Shown here piece after piece: positions 35,103 through 48,400 of a stretch of DNA of 61,340 bases; position 1 is the stretch's first letter; every line of letters begins with the position of its first letter. The stretch is from Aplysia californica (lineage: Eukaryota). The stretch spans positions 1,495,825 to 1,557,164 of the forward strand of contig NW_004797358.1 in assembly GCF_000002075.1 (NCBI RefSeq), given 5' to 3'. Made by a program: the position numbers and the translations under genes. The notes under the pieces were generated by a model that did no database searches, was not told the origin of the DNA, and saw only the letters and a list, made by a program, of their open reading frames with translations.

Positions 35103-37117
35103 GTGAGTGGGAAGCCGTTCATTCATCATGCTACGCTGCTCAACTGACTACGTCTACCTTTACTTTCACTTTCACCGGCTAATCGACTTTCCGGCAATTG
35201 TTTACTTTCTCGCGTTTAATGGCCGCGCCTAAATCTAGGTCTAGACGATACTGTATGCACCCCTGACTGGATATTCAAGCCTGGAGTTAAGAATACGTAA
35301 ACCACGGCAATTTCATCATTTGTAGGTATTAACACTGCCTTCCTTACTGAACTTACTGATTTTGTTTGTGGCTATTGACAATTGAGTGTAAATAGGGGGC
35401 CTATTCATTGAGTTCAGAGTGGTCACTCGTTACGGAAGTCCTCCCCCAGAATTAAACGCGAGAAAGTAAACAATTACCGACTTCCCTACTACTTAGGTCT
35501 AGTTAATTTTTTAAGCTTGATGAATGGAAGAATATGCCAGTCCTGTCTACACCGCCATCAGCTTTTGGACTTTTATAACTTTTGTCTTTTTCTCCTCTTC
35601 TTCCCCCCCCTTGCTCCTCCTGTTTCTACTGACACCTGACACTATTGTAGCCATTGCTTTGCAAGAAGGTGCATTTTTGCTACGCTGTGACTATGTTCAC
35701 TGTGCCGGCCGTGAATGTAGTTTGCAGGCTGCGTTCAAGGCTCCCTGAATGTAGGTTGGGTAATATTAAAGATTTTCTTGAGGGCTGCACTGCAGTCAAT
35801 TTACTATAAATTGTTATTTTACCTTTTCACAGCTAACAGTATCATCCGTTTCATTTATCGAAATGCATATATATATGTGTACGGCTCCTGTATGCATAGC
35901 CCTGTGGCTATGCGTAGGGCCTTCCTGTGCGCATAGCATCGAGGCTATGTGTACGGCCCTCCACTTCACATTATATGCTAGGCTTTGTAGGCGGCACATA
36001 AACTATCGAACCAGACACTACAAGTGGATAAACTTAACCCTGGAAGTACTCAGACCCTGTATAAAGGGTGTGAGCCGGGCTACCCGGGAAGCGTGCAGGC
36101 CCTATATATATAGGGCTGACCTACTTCGACAACGAAGCACACAGGCCTTAAAAGTATTTCTCATATGGAAAATGAGGTGTAAGGTCAAAGTTATAAATAG
36201 TGACCAATGACTTTGCAAGTTATGTTGACCTTGTAGAGTTTCTCTTGGCCAAGATATCGATCGATAAAGTGACGTGGTCCAGCTGAGCGATTATTAAGGC
36301 TGTGAGCATATTTATACTTAGAGGGCCGTGCCGTACGTAGGGAGGGCCGCACGTGTCACCCTGAGACTGTGCATACGAGAGGGCCGTACACATTGCCACA
36401 GGCTTCTTTTATTTTCATTGTAATCACCCCACTTTGCCACTTGTCCGATGGCGAAAAGACGAAAATCTAGATCTGTATCTAGGACTCGTAGACTGACTTT
36501 GTGATGGGGTCACAATGTGCGAAGTCTGGAATCTCAACAACTGCGATTGAGAATACAAGCCGAACGAGCTGTTCTCCGTCAGCGTCAGTATCAGTTTGTT
36601 CAATTCGATCGTCAGTTTTCATGCCGGGTTTTATTTCTTTTGTTTGACAACGGTTGCCTGACATCAAAAATTTTGTTTAGCGTGAACGGAGTTATTGTGT
36701 TTTTGCTAACAATGAACAAATATGTTTCTATTTTAGACATTGCAATTTTCAGACCATAAATTGGATGGCATTGAAATTGAAGAGTAGATAGGCAAAAAAA
36801 AAAAGGAAGAAAAGATGGGATAAATTACAACAATTACCCTGGCAGAACTGACAACCAGGGTTGGTGATTTTTTATTTTTTTTTCAAAAAAATCAAAAAAA
36901 TCGATTTTTAAAATTTAAATCATGATTTTTAAAATTTAAATCAGATTTTTTTGATTTTTTTGATTTTTTTAAAAATGTCGACACAGTTTGGGATTTTTGG
37001 TTGCTAAAAGTATGTTCTTTTAGTGCAAAATGCATTGTCTTAATTTAACTAATGATTAAATTAAGCAACCTCAAAAGAAAGCCTTAATCTGCTATATAAT
37101 AGTATATATATATATAT

Positions 37118-37151
<34 letters not shown>

Positions 37152-39366
37152 AGTGAATTATGGCTACAGACAAAAAATGAAGAAAATGTCAGTCTAAAAG
37201 GAAGGGGTGGGGGGGGGGGGGGTAATTATGCATAGATAAACTTGCATTTTATTACAGTGTGTGTGTGTGTGCACGCGCTTGTGTTTGTCTAAAAAGAAAA
37301 AGAAAATGTTAATTTCAATAATGAAAAAAAAGTAAATTGAATGCTGTATTATTTTACAGTGACAGGGGGAAAGCAGACTTTTAAGCATGATTTTATTAGT
37401 CTACTAAACCTTATATACTGTTTTATAAAACCAAGGAAAGGAATTCTGAATATTTAAAGATGTAAAAACAGAATACATTTTTAAAAAATGATTTAAATCA
37501 CCGAGTTTTATTTTTTTAATCAAGTTGATTAAAAAAATTTTTTAATCGACCTGGTTTAAATCAACCCAACCCTGATTTCAATTATTAAAAAAAAGTCAAT
37601 TGAATACACTGTATTATTTTACAGTGACAGGGGGAAAGCAGACTTTTAAGCATGATTATATTAGTCTACTAAACCTTATATGTTTAATAAAACCAAGGAA
37701 AGGAATTCTGAATGTTCAAATATGTAAAAACTGAATACATTTGTTAAAAGGTGATTTAAATCACTGATTTTTATTTTAAAAATCAAGTTGATTGAAATAT
37801 ATAAAAAATCAACTGATTAAAATCAACCCAGCTCTGATTTCAATTATGGAAAAAAAAGTAAATTGAATACTGTATTATTTTACAGTGAAAGGTGGGAAAG
37901 CAGACTTTTAAACATGAATTATATTAGTCTACTTAACCTTATATCTGTTTTATGAAACCAAGGAAGGGAATTCTGAATGTTGAAATATGTAAAAACTGAA
38001 TAAAAATAAATTTTTAAAAAAGTGATTTAAATCACTGATTTTTATCAAAAAAATCAAGTTGATTTAAATCAAAAAAATCAACTGATTTAAATCAACCTGA
38101 TTTAAATCAACCCAACCCTGCTGACAACATGGATTGTATCATTTTTTACCAAAGGCAAAAACGTATTCCATACTTTTTTATTCTATGACAGAATAATCAG
38201 AATGATGGACTGGATAACCAAATGAAGCAGACAAAGACTTCAGATGGAGTGCCATTTATTGCCATCACTCCTGTTCCAGGTAATGAAGTGTGATTTTATT
38301 TTTATTGCTGTTGTTCATACTCTGGTCTCAATATTTTAAAATGTTGTTCACAATCTCGTCATACGTGAGGCATTATTGTGAAATCAGGCGCCCGTCAAAA
38401 CAATGAAATTGAAAAAATTGACATTTTGCGGCCAGTTTGGTTATTTTTATCGAATTTAGGTTTCTTGGCTCACCACCTTTTATGTAGCAATGCCCACCGA
38501 GCGCGTTTTGTTCTGCCGGTGTTTCGTGGGACGCACTAACGCAAAGGTTGTTGTCTTCAACTTGCTCTCACGCCGCTTCTCGTGAATGGATATGAATGAA
38601 ACTTGGCAGCCAATCAGAAAAGAGGTCAATCTCGTAGTACACAGTTTGACAACATTGTACCCATCCTAGAAGCAGTCGAAAACGTTTGCGAAAGTGGTTG
38701 ATGTGGCGCGCTTTGAAGATTTTTCAGAGCTATGATTTGTCAAACTGACTGATACGTTGTACACCATTTTTCTTTATTAAATTCCCTTAAAATTTCAAGC
38801 TTCTGTGTTTAGCGGTTTTCGCGTAATCTTTAAAAATGTGGGAGTAACTAAGGGAAAAAGTGACATTGCCATTTGCGCGTGCTGGGTGAATGACCTGCGG
38901 CTGGGAAATTTCCACTGAGTGACGTCATCAGCCATCGGTGGCCTCGGGCGCTACAAACGAGGCCCCGCTTATGTGAACCGGAAAGGGGGGGAAGGATACT
39001 TGAAAACTAAACGGGGGCCTTGATAACTTGCGTTTTTGTTGCATTTTAGTCACAATACAATAGATGTAGTCATTTTTATTTGCTTGATTGCACGACAGAA
39101 GAATAGAAACAGAAAAGCAAACATCTTGAGAAGTGGTATGGCATTGTGTTTGTGTTATGAAAGCCTATTCCCCCCTCTTGGGAAAGCACACACTTGGACT
39201 CGTCCTGTGTGCTCTGTTTGGAAAAGTGAGGCATTAAGATTGTTATTAAAGAGTATGGTACTTATTTAGTCCAGTCTGGGAAGATAGTCCCGTTTATACA
39301 TTGTTATCGTTCACGCGTGCGTGCGTGAGTGCGCGCGCGTGCATGTGTGTGTGTGTGTGTGTGCGC

Positions 39367-39401
<35 letters not shown>

Positions 39402-42400
39402 GGGGGGGGGGGTGTAAATATGTTACATTTATTGTATGAGTTGTAGCCTACACATGCGATATATTCCCATGACTTGTAAAGTATATTATCTGAACGCATC
39501 TTAATCTACCACACAATAGGACACTGTCCAACAATGGATATACCCAGAGACGATCTTATTTTCTATAACAAAGTATGCATGCTTTTACTAGTACAGAACT
39601 GGATTTTTTAGTAGCTCTCTACTTATATTTTTGTGACAAATTGATCCAGAGCATTGCTTGGCAAGGAGGAACCTTTTATGTTGCCTAGTTTCATTCAAAT
39701 ATCATGACTTTGGGAGAACATATGACTGATAATCTTTGTAAATCTGTAAAGAACGCCACTTTTTTACCTGTTAATGTCTTTACAACTCAAAAAGTATGAC
39801 AGATATTAAAAATCTGACAGCATGACTAGATTCTGCATTAAAAAATGTACTAGACTGTCAAGTTTCATTTACATATTCCAAGAAATAGGCGAGGTATGAC
39901 AAATATTGTCTCAAAACGCACCGAAAACCGCCACATTTTTACCTATAAACGTCTTCATAACTCAAAAAAATAGGATAGCTATGAAAAATCTGAAAGCAGG
40001 ACTAGATTCTGCACTAGAAAATGTACTGGGTTGCCAAGTTTCTTTTAAATACACCAAGAAATGAGCGAGTTATGACGAATATTGTCTCAAAACTCACCAA
40101 AGAACGTCCCATATTTTGGGGTTTTTCATTATATAAAAGTGTACCAGAAATTAATTGATTAAAAAATCCGTAACTTTTTTGTTTATTGATGGATTTCAAA
40201 AATTCAAAAAGTTCCATGCTCTGTGAAGATAAAGCTACAAAATGCACCTATTTGCAAACACTTTCTGGCAAAAAAAGGATTTTCGTGGTCATTGCTATTT
40301 TATGTCCATTTAAAAACACATTTCTTTGGTGATTTTACTGAAATATCCTTTAAAAGCACAGAAAATTGACATTTTCAGTTTCAAAGGACTCTCAGGCTAT
40401 GGAAAATACCAAACTTTGACGGCCATTATTCTCTTGCTGATTTTTCCTCTGAAACCAGGCGACCTCCACCTCCTTCAATCGCAAAAATATATCTCAACTT
40501 CTATTCAAGATAGATGGGCTTTTTTTCCCCATCAAAAGCAAGGCAAATGAACAAGCTCTAAGATGATATATCAAATAACTTCACACATGCCCAAAAGTTG
40601 AAGAGCACCTGATTCCTCCGCGTTGTTACACTTTATATGTAATTCTTGCTACCCTGTTTTGTTTTTAAACTTTTGGTAACAGCACTTCAAGTTACTACAT
40701 TTCTTATCTTTTCATGCTCTGTCAGTTCTTGGATCTGAACAAGTCACACTGGAAAATGGAACCTCTCTTCCTATCGCTACCCACCCATTCTGAGTGATTC
40801 ATCTGAAGACAAAATGTGTACCCCAAACCTTGAGCTCACTTTCCTCGCTTTAGTTCTTTTAAAAGAAACAGAGAAGATCTCTATTGGTAGTAATTTGGCA
40901 GTTCCTCTGTTCTTGTGATATATCCCAGTTTTTTTCTACATAGTATACCTTTAGGTTTTTAAAAATGATTCTCAGTTTTGCCTTGTCCCAGCACTTATAG
41001 TGGCTGTTGTTGATATAATAATATGCTTTCAATTAACTCACAAGAATATTATCTTTTGGTCATGGTTTTTTCCTGCCAGGTATGTGTTTGAAAACAAGGA
41101 CTGTTGCGGGAGAGAAAGTGTTCATTAATGTTTGCCACTCGGAAAACGTAAGTTGAGTCAAATGTTTTTAATTTTGTCCAGATATTTAAAAACAAACAAT
41201 GAATTTTGCTAGCTGGTGATCAAGAAAAAATTTATAACGCTATTTTAAAAAAGCAAGCTGTTAAGCATCTGGTTTTTAAAAGACATTTTTTTGACAATGG
41301 CCACTGCATTATATTTGATATTATTTGTTTTGTTTTCTCCACATTTTTTAAAACCTATTTTTCCTACTCTCTTACCACGTTCTGTCATCTGTTTTTGTCT
41401 CCATTTTCTGCCTCCAGCCCCCTTCCCTTTTCACAGCCTTTCTACTGCTATTCCTTTGGTCCTTCTTACTGCTGTTTTTCTGCCTCATCTTAGCGTAGGT
41501 AAGATTTAACATCTAGCCTTCTCGGATAAGGGCGAAAAATCTCAGAGGTCCCTTGTGCGAGTTGCGCACATTAAAGATTCCTTGATGGTCCAAAATCGAT
41601 AAGAGTAGGCTTCAGCCACCACCTAGGCAAAATTCAAACTTAATTCCTACCAAACTAAAAATGTTTAATGTGTTGCGCACGCTCATAAGACCTTATGCAG
41701 TTGTGAGCACTGTAAAACACTTACAAAACAAAACGAACAAACCTCTATTTCAGTATCTTGGTATCTGCTTTGCTCTTGGATTTGTCAAAATTTAATCTAG
41801 AACATGAAAACATAACTGTAGAAAGTGGTCAAGACTTTACTTCTCTTGCGACTCTTGAGTGATGTTTTTGTTCTTTATTATATTGCTTTAAAATATGAAT
41901 TTTTATCTTTTAAATTTAGGTACCGGAACCCAAAGATCTAACAGACGATGAACTTCTGCAAGTTCTTGACTCTGAAGATCCTACACAGTTTAGGATTCCA
42001 ATGAGCATTGGCGAGCCTCATGCTGAGATTGATAAAAGTAATGTCTCTTATTCTTCTTCAACCGTTCTTTTTAGACATTGAAACTGTGGACATTTTCTAC
42101 ACGCAGAGATTGGTAAAAGTCTCTGACTTTTCTGGTAAAACTATTATTATTTATTTAAAATGTTTTTGAGAACTTTCTCCAAAGGGAATCATGTTGCTGG
42201 ACTCTTCAGTACAAGATTTAAGAAATGTATTATGTATTACTTGTATGATATGTTTTGGAATTGCTCAAGAGAGGATGAATCAGTATCTCGGATGGTGTCA
42301 TGCTAGACAACGATGTGGATGACTCTGGTTCGACCCCCAAATAGAACTAGAACAGATCGTTTTTATAGATTTGACTTGGTCCTGTTGGAGATAGACTGAC

Positions 42401-45400
42401 TTAATTTGGAGGTACTTAAAGAACCTTATGAGGGTGTTAGATCCTTGCCATAATAAACAGATATGCCCTTTCACTAATCTAATAAATGACATTTACATAG
42501 AGCTGAACCCCGATTAAAGTACACAGGCTCTGCGAGAGCTATCTCCTTCTAAAGGACTTTATACAACTCAGAAATGTCTACGAATGGAGGGACTTTGAAG
42601 GTATACACCTACGCAAATTATGCTTAAAAAATTCACACAGAGGGATTCAAAACAAATGTTAGTGGTCCATGGTTTGTGTTTGTCATGTTTATCAATGCTA
42701 TGTTGGACAAATTATTTAGTAAAAACACTGTTTTTACAGGTGGTGGTGGGTGCACAGCATATGATGTGATTGTGCATCCTAAATTCATGAAGAAGATTGA
42801 GAAAAGTGAACTTTTTAAAACCTTCTTCCTGACCATTATGTGTGAGGGAATTGAGGGAAAGTATGATATTCAACTGAAACGAGGTAAGAATCCCTGCATC
42901 TTGTTTTCATTAAATGTTCAGTCAAACGTGCCTTAACGGAAACCTTTGTAAAACGGAAACCTGTCTTAACGGTTTCTCCCTGCTCCCCCCTTGATATATT
43001 TCTCTGTAATAACCTGTATAAAACAGAAACCTGTCCAACGCGGAAACGGAAAGGTAAATCCGCTTCCTTCCGAGGGTTTTACCCGTCTAAGCTACTTACT
43101 AAAACGGAAAATGCTTTTCCCACTCAGCCCTGATTTGAAACAAAACTCGCAAGTTTGGTTCCACAGGGTCTATCTTACGCCATGCCGCCGGGCGAGGAAA
43201 GGGTGCAGGGTGCAATTTTAGGATAGATGTTACCCCATCTATGTGAGCCCTGAGTGATGCAGATGGTCAGGGTAATGTGGGTGTGAAATCTCACGAGTGT
43301 CACACTGTCAGTGAAAGTGTTCGAGTAGCTAGCCACCGCAGAAACTTTCCTGGGTAACCAGAAGCCAGGGGTATGAAATTAGTTTGACCAATGCCTCCCA
43401 CCCTGATCGTACGGCCAGCGGAGAAAAGAGTTCCTCGAATCGTGTGTTACATGGCAGTGAGGGGTGGCATTGGTTGACTGTGCTTGTTACACCGATGGAT
43501 GGGGCTAAGGATGAAAGCAAAGGAGATGTTCAAATGTTTCTATTTTTTAATAGGTCAAACAGTGATCCTGTGAAATGCAAGTGCTGGTGGTAATTAGATA
43601 AGTAAGACTGACGCATGTCATTATCAGAGAGGATAACAGTTGAAAGGTGTGAAGTTTGGACTACTGCTTGCCGACGGGAAAAGCGACCCTTGATCCCATC
43701 CGCAGGCCCTTTGAAACCCCCTCCACCCCACCCCCCCTAAATCCCCTGTCTAAGACGAAATTTTTTCTGGCTCCCTTGTGATTCCGTCTTACACAGGTTT
43801 GACTGTAATTTTGTAATGTAGAAGCACTTTGATTTAACTTGTACATGTACATTGATGATGCTATGCTCTAACCATGTGACTGGTTTCTTGAACATTTTTC
43901 AACACACAAGAAAAAAAAGGCTGAAAATTTTATATATTTTTTTGTTAATGTTGGTGCTTTTGCACCCCATCGAAACAATTTGAATCATTTAGGAGTTGTA
44001 CTTACGGGTTAGCCTGGGTTTAGAAGGATACAACATCTCAGCAGAAAGACCAAGATACTTGAAAAAATTTCTCTCCACTTAGGAATTGAACTGGGGTATT
44101 CTGCGTGTATTCTAGCATCTAACTGCTACACCACAGAATCCGTAAAAAAAAAAAAAAGCCTTCACACTGATTTTGGAATGAAAAGAAGTTGAATCACTTC
44201 TTCCAGTTACATTCTTAGTGCATACATAACACCTCTGATATCCTTTTCATTGGCATCTGGAAAAGACATGAGTTTTATTCTGGGACGGGGAAGATAGTTC
44301 AACCTTTTGATCATGAAAGAAGCAATGTCTCTTGCATGGCTTCGGTAGTGTAGTGGTTAAGCTAATGGACTCGTAATCATGAGGTTGTGGGTTTGAACCA
44401 GCTTCAGGCCCGACCTTGTGTCTTTGGGAAAGGCACTTAACACAAATTTTTCTCACTTCACTCAGGTGGGAATGGGTACCCAGCCATAGACAGCCAAAGA
44501 TCTTGCCTGTATGTTAGTGTTTTAGCGCACTATATGCTTTGCAGGAAGTTGATATTGTTTCAGAATGCTATCAGGTCTGCTGGGGTAATAATATTTGTAA
44601 AGCGCATAGAGCTTGCTGTTGAACAGGAACTTGTGCTATACAAATGCTGACTACAGTGGAGTCCACTTATAATGAGTCCTGAAATAACGAGAAGTCTGTT
44701 ATAAAGACACTATTCTAAAACCCCCTTTTTTTTTCTCTTCTTTACCTTTGTAAATAAAATACTGCTATAGCGCAATCAGACAAACATGCACGTCGGTTAT
44801 AACGGAATATTGCTGCTGCTGTGCACAGTGCATAGGCCAATTATACATAATGTAAAACCTCGCCAGTTGAGAAACTTGTTGGTGATCTAGTGAAACAAAG
44901 AATGGGAGAGCCCATGTGTGTCAACAATGAAGGCCAGAGCGACTGAGTAGGGAGGGTGTGGCATGCGCAGACGAGCAGAACGCATCGCGTGATACTGATG
45001 ATACGCCAGCCTGGGCCTGGTCTAGATTATCTGGGCCTACCATGCCTCTCACTTCTCCGATGCGGGGATGGAGAGGTCACAGCAATGTGATGGATGGAGC
45101 GAATGTGTGCCGTGCACAAGCAGACGGAATGCACCACATGGTGTGGTGGGGTGAGGGACAACACAGCGGACGAGTGAGCCTAAAGCCCCTTCTTTCTGAT
45201 CACCAACGCCGAGCAGTCAACATAGCTAGCGCTAGAGGAAGAAACCTGAATTGATTTTTCATCAAGTAAGACTTAGAGGTCATTCTGAAACAAAATCATC
45301 GTCAGGGCAGATAACAAAAAGAGAAAGAGAAAAAAACAGAATACCAAACTCATAGATTAGGACTACTTTATTATTTCCCTTGAATTTATTACTGGATCCC

Positions 45401-48400
45401 TTATAGCGAGAATCCTGCTACAACGGACATTTTGCACCTGTCCCCTCCCTCTCGTTATAACAGGATTCCACTGTATTATTATTATTATTATTATTTGTTT
45501 TATTTTGTTTTGTGCCAAAGTTCTTGGAAGTTTTTTGAATGAGTAATATTTCAAAATGTTCCATTTGTGAAAGTTCAGATTATCATTAAAGGTCTCTTGC
45601 ATAAGCATTGTTTCTTTTAGTTAAAAAGGGATATAATGGCTCAGGGTCTGTTAATGAGATCAAAGAATTTGTTTTGGAATAACAATTGTAGCTTATGGTA
45701 CACTGATCAGTTGTGTATCATTCACATTGTATAACATGTTTGCTTTGTTTAGATTTAATCTGAATTTGCCACAACGGATGTTTTTATGTCTTTGTACAGA
45801 CTGGGTATTCTTAAAAAATCGCAGAAGTGTTGGAACACTGTTGGAGCAGCATATAAGAACTAAGTCAAAGCCGGTGATAATGGAAATGTCTGGGTAAGTT
45901 TTTTTTTCTTTTCTTTGTTTGGTTTTGTTGCAGTGGGCATGGCTCTCCACGGGGGGAGCAGTTAAAAGGAAAATTGATAGAGGTTGACTTCAGAGATTTA
46001 TGCATCATTATCTCTATATTATATAAAAGATTGTTCCTACACTTATCTATTCTTCTCGCATGGAAGTAGGTGTCTCTGTATCTGTATTAAAACTAAACAG
46101 AGAGGTGTATGTTGCAGATCTACAGTTTGTAGGTTTATAATAAGTAGGCCTATAATGCGAGTATTCTGCGGAACATTGTACCATAGTGTTGTCATACTAT
46201 TCGTTGAGCTTAATTTTGTTCTTGGCGCCACCTTCTCCGGAAGTGACGGCAGGCCCCTGTTTTGTTGTATCGTTAGGGTGAGTCTAGTATAGTAGAATTG
46301 AGCAATTTTTGCAAATCTTGGTCAACTGAGCTGCTGGGTAGAGGCCCCCCAAAAAACTACAAAAGGATCCACTTAAATATGACTTCTGGAAAAATGAGAA
46401 CTGAGGAATAATGATACTGTTCTTTATTGCCTTTTTAGAAAGTTCACTTCTTTTAACAGCATACTAGAATCTATGGTCTCTACCTAAGAACACAGTGATT
46501 AAGAGCCAGATTTTACAATGTTTACATTTTTCCTTTTTAATTTGCTTGCCTGAGAAGCCATTTAAAGATAGAATAGAATACAATGTGAATGGAGAGAGAT
46601 CTCGTTTTCTTTATTATTTCCTGAAATAATATGCATTCTTCTGTGCCGCCACCCCCCAACTGGATTCTGGCTGTAGCAAGATGCAGCTATAACTATAACA
46701 AGATATAAAGTTTTGTCTGCTAACTTTCATTATCACAAAGGTTGACTGTATTTACTTTATGGTTAAAGTTGAAGTAGAAGTGATTGGAGTGTTTTCATAG
46801 TCTTTCTGACTCAGTAAACAGCTTATCCATGAACCAAAATAATTTAATATTTGCATCATGAAGTATAAGTAGATGTCTCATCTGTTTTATTTTGCAAATG
46901 ATTGATTTAATAACAATGTTGTTATGTCTAAGACATCTAATAGATTACGATACAGTTCATTGTTAGTTATCTTTTGACTGGTGTGAGGCATATACTTTTT
47001 ATTCTGCAGTGATCTGTTGAACAATATACGAATGGAGCGAGACTTATATTCTTAAAAAAACAAGTTTTATTTTGTTGTAAAAATAGGTGTAATGGTCTTC
47101 ATACAAAGCTAAAAGCTGTGAAGAATTCAAGATATTGTCTCAGATTTCTTGTTTTGAAAAAAGTGTGTTCCTATTCGAGTACTTCCATCTTTCTGCTGTA
47201 GTGTATCCTACACGACCCTGGTTGGCCCGGCAGGCGAGGTTGAAGCAGTGTGCCATTAAATGGTCCAAATTGTGTCGATAATAGTTTGTCATAAAGTTGT
47301 TCATTAGAAAAAGGCTACTCGTAAGATGAGACGTAGGAATATACAAGAGAGATGAGATATTTTTAGTTCACTGACAGCGTTGTTTTTATGGAATTACTTT
47401 TATGGGTATTGTGATAGAAATAAATTGTCCCTGAAATCGTCCTATTTCACATTTCATTACTCATTATTTTGTATGATTTTTTTCAGAGAGGAAGGGGATC
47501 AGCTGCCTGAGATCCAGCCAGAAAAGAGAAATTTAGTCGAGGAATTGCATCATCATGAGGAGACGCTGATGAAAACGTAATGCATAGTAGGCTATAGGCA
47601 GAATTTAACACCTGTTTATCAGCAAGTATTATGTTCACAGATTTAATGTTTCTGGTGCATTTGTTTCCGTTTATTGCCATTTTGCATCTCATAGCTGTGC
47701 CACAGAATGTCTAGTCACAAGTGTCAACCTCCTCTGGCGCTGAAATCAGTCGTTAAGCACTTTCGCAATGTAGTTGTCATAGAAATGTGGCTTCTAATGG
47801 CACTTTTTATGCAACAATAAAAGATATAGACTCCTAGCCAGGGACAAGTGCTTACTAGTAAGATATGAGATTGACTCCCGTTTTGAATGCTAAAGACTAC
47901 ATCATTGTTTAAGATGCTGGATTGCTGAATTTATCATCTATCTCTAAAATAATTTTTTTGCATAGTAGAGCTGAACTAGATTTCCTCTGAATTCTGAACA
48001 TCTAAATTATGAGTTGAAAAGCTCATGCTTGTGAAACAGAGACGTGCAGCTTCCTGTTCTTTGAGAAGATATAAAATGCCATCCATATTCATAGGCTTTA
48101 CACTGTGTAATATATGTATGAAAATGACTGAACCAGATAGACCGAAGTGAACACCAGAACGGGACTAAACTTGTGTGGGGGGGGGGGGGGGGGGGGGGGG
48201 GAACCAGGCTTAGAGAGTTAAATTTATTTCATGGCTATTATCTACCTTATTATCCTGGGCTATGGGTTCCACAGGGTACTGGCTTGGCTTGTATAAACTG
48301 GACTTGAGTACTGTAGTAAAGTCACCGGACTAGAAAGAATTGTTGGAGTGATACAGGTCTTTTCAATTTTGTATGATGATTTAAGAAGTGGGACCTCCAA

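Noticed and set aside
37312-38120. CRISPR-like or coding repeat array
   Set aside because: Eukaryotic DNA; long tandem units with no unique spacers, derived from a hAT end.
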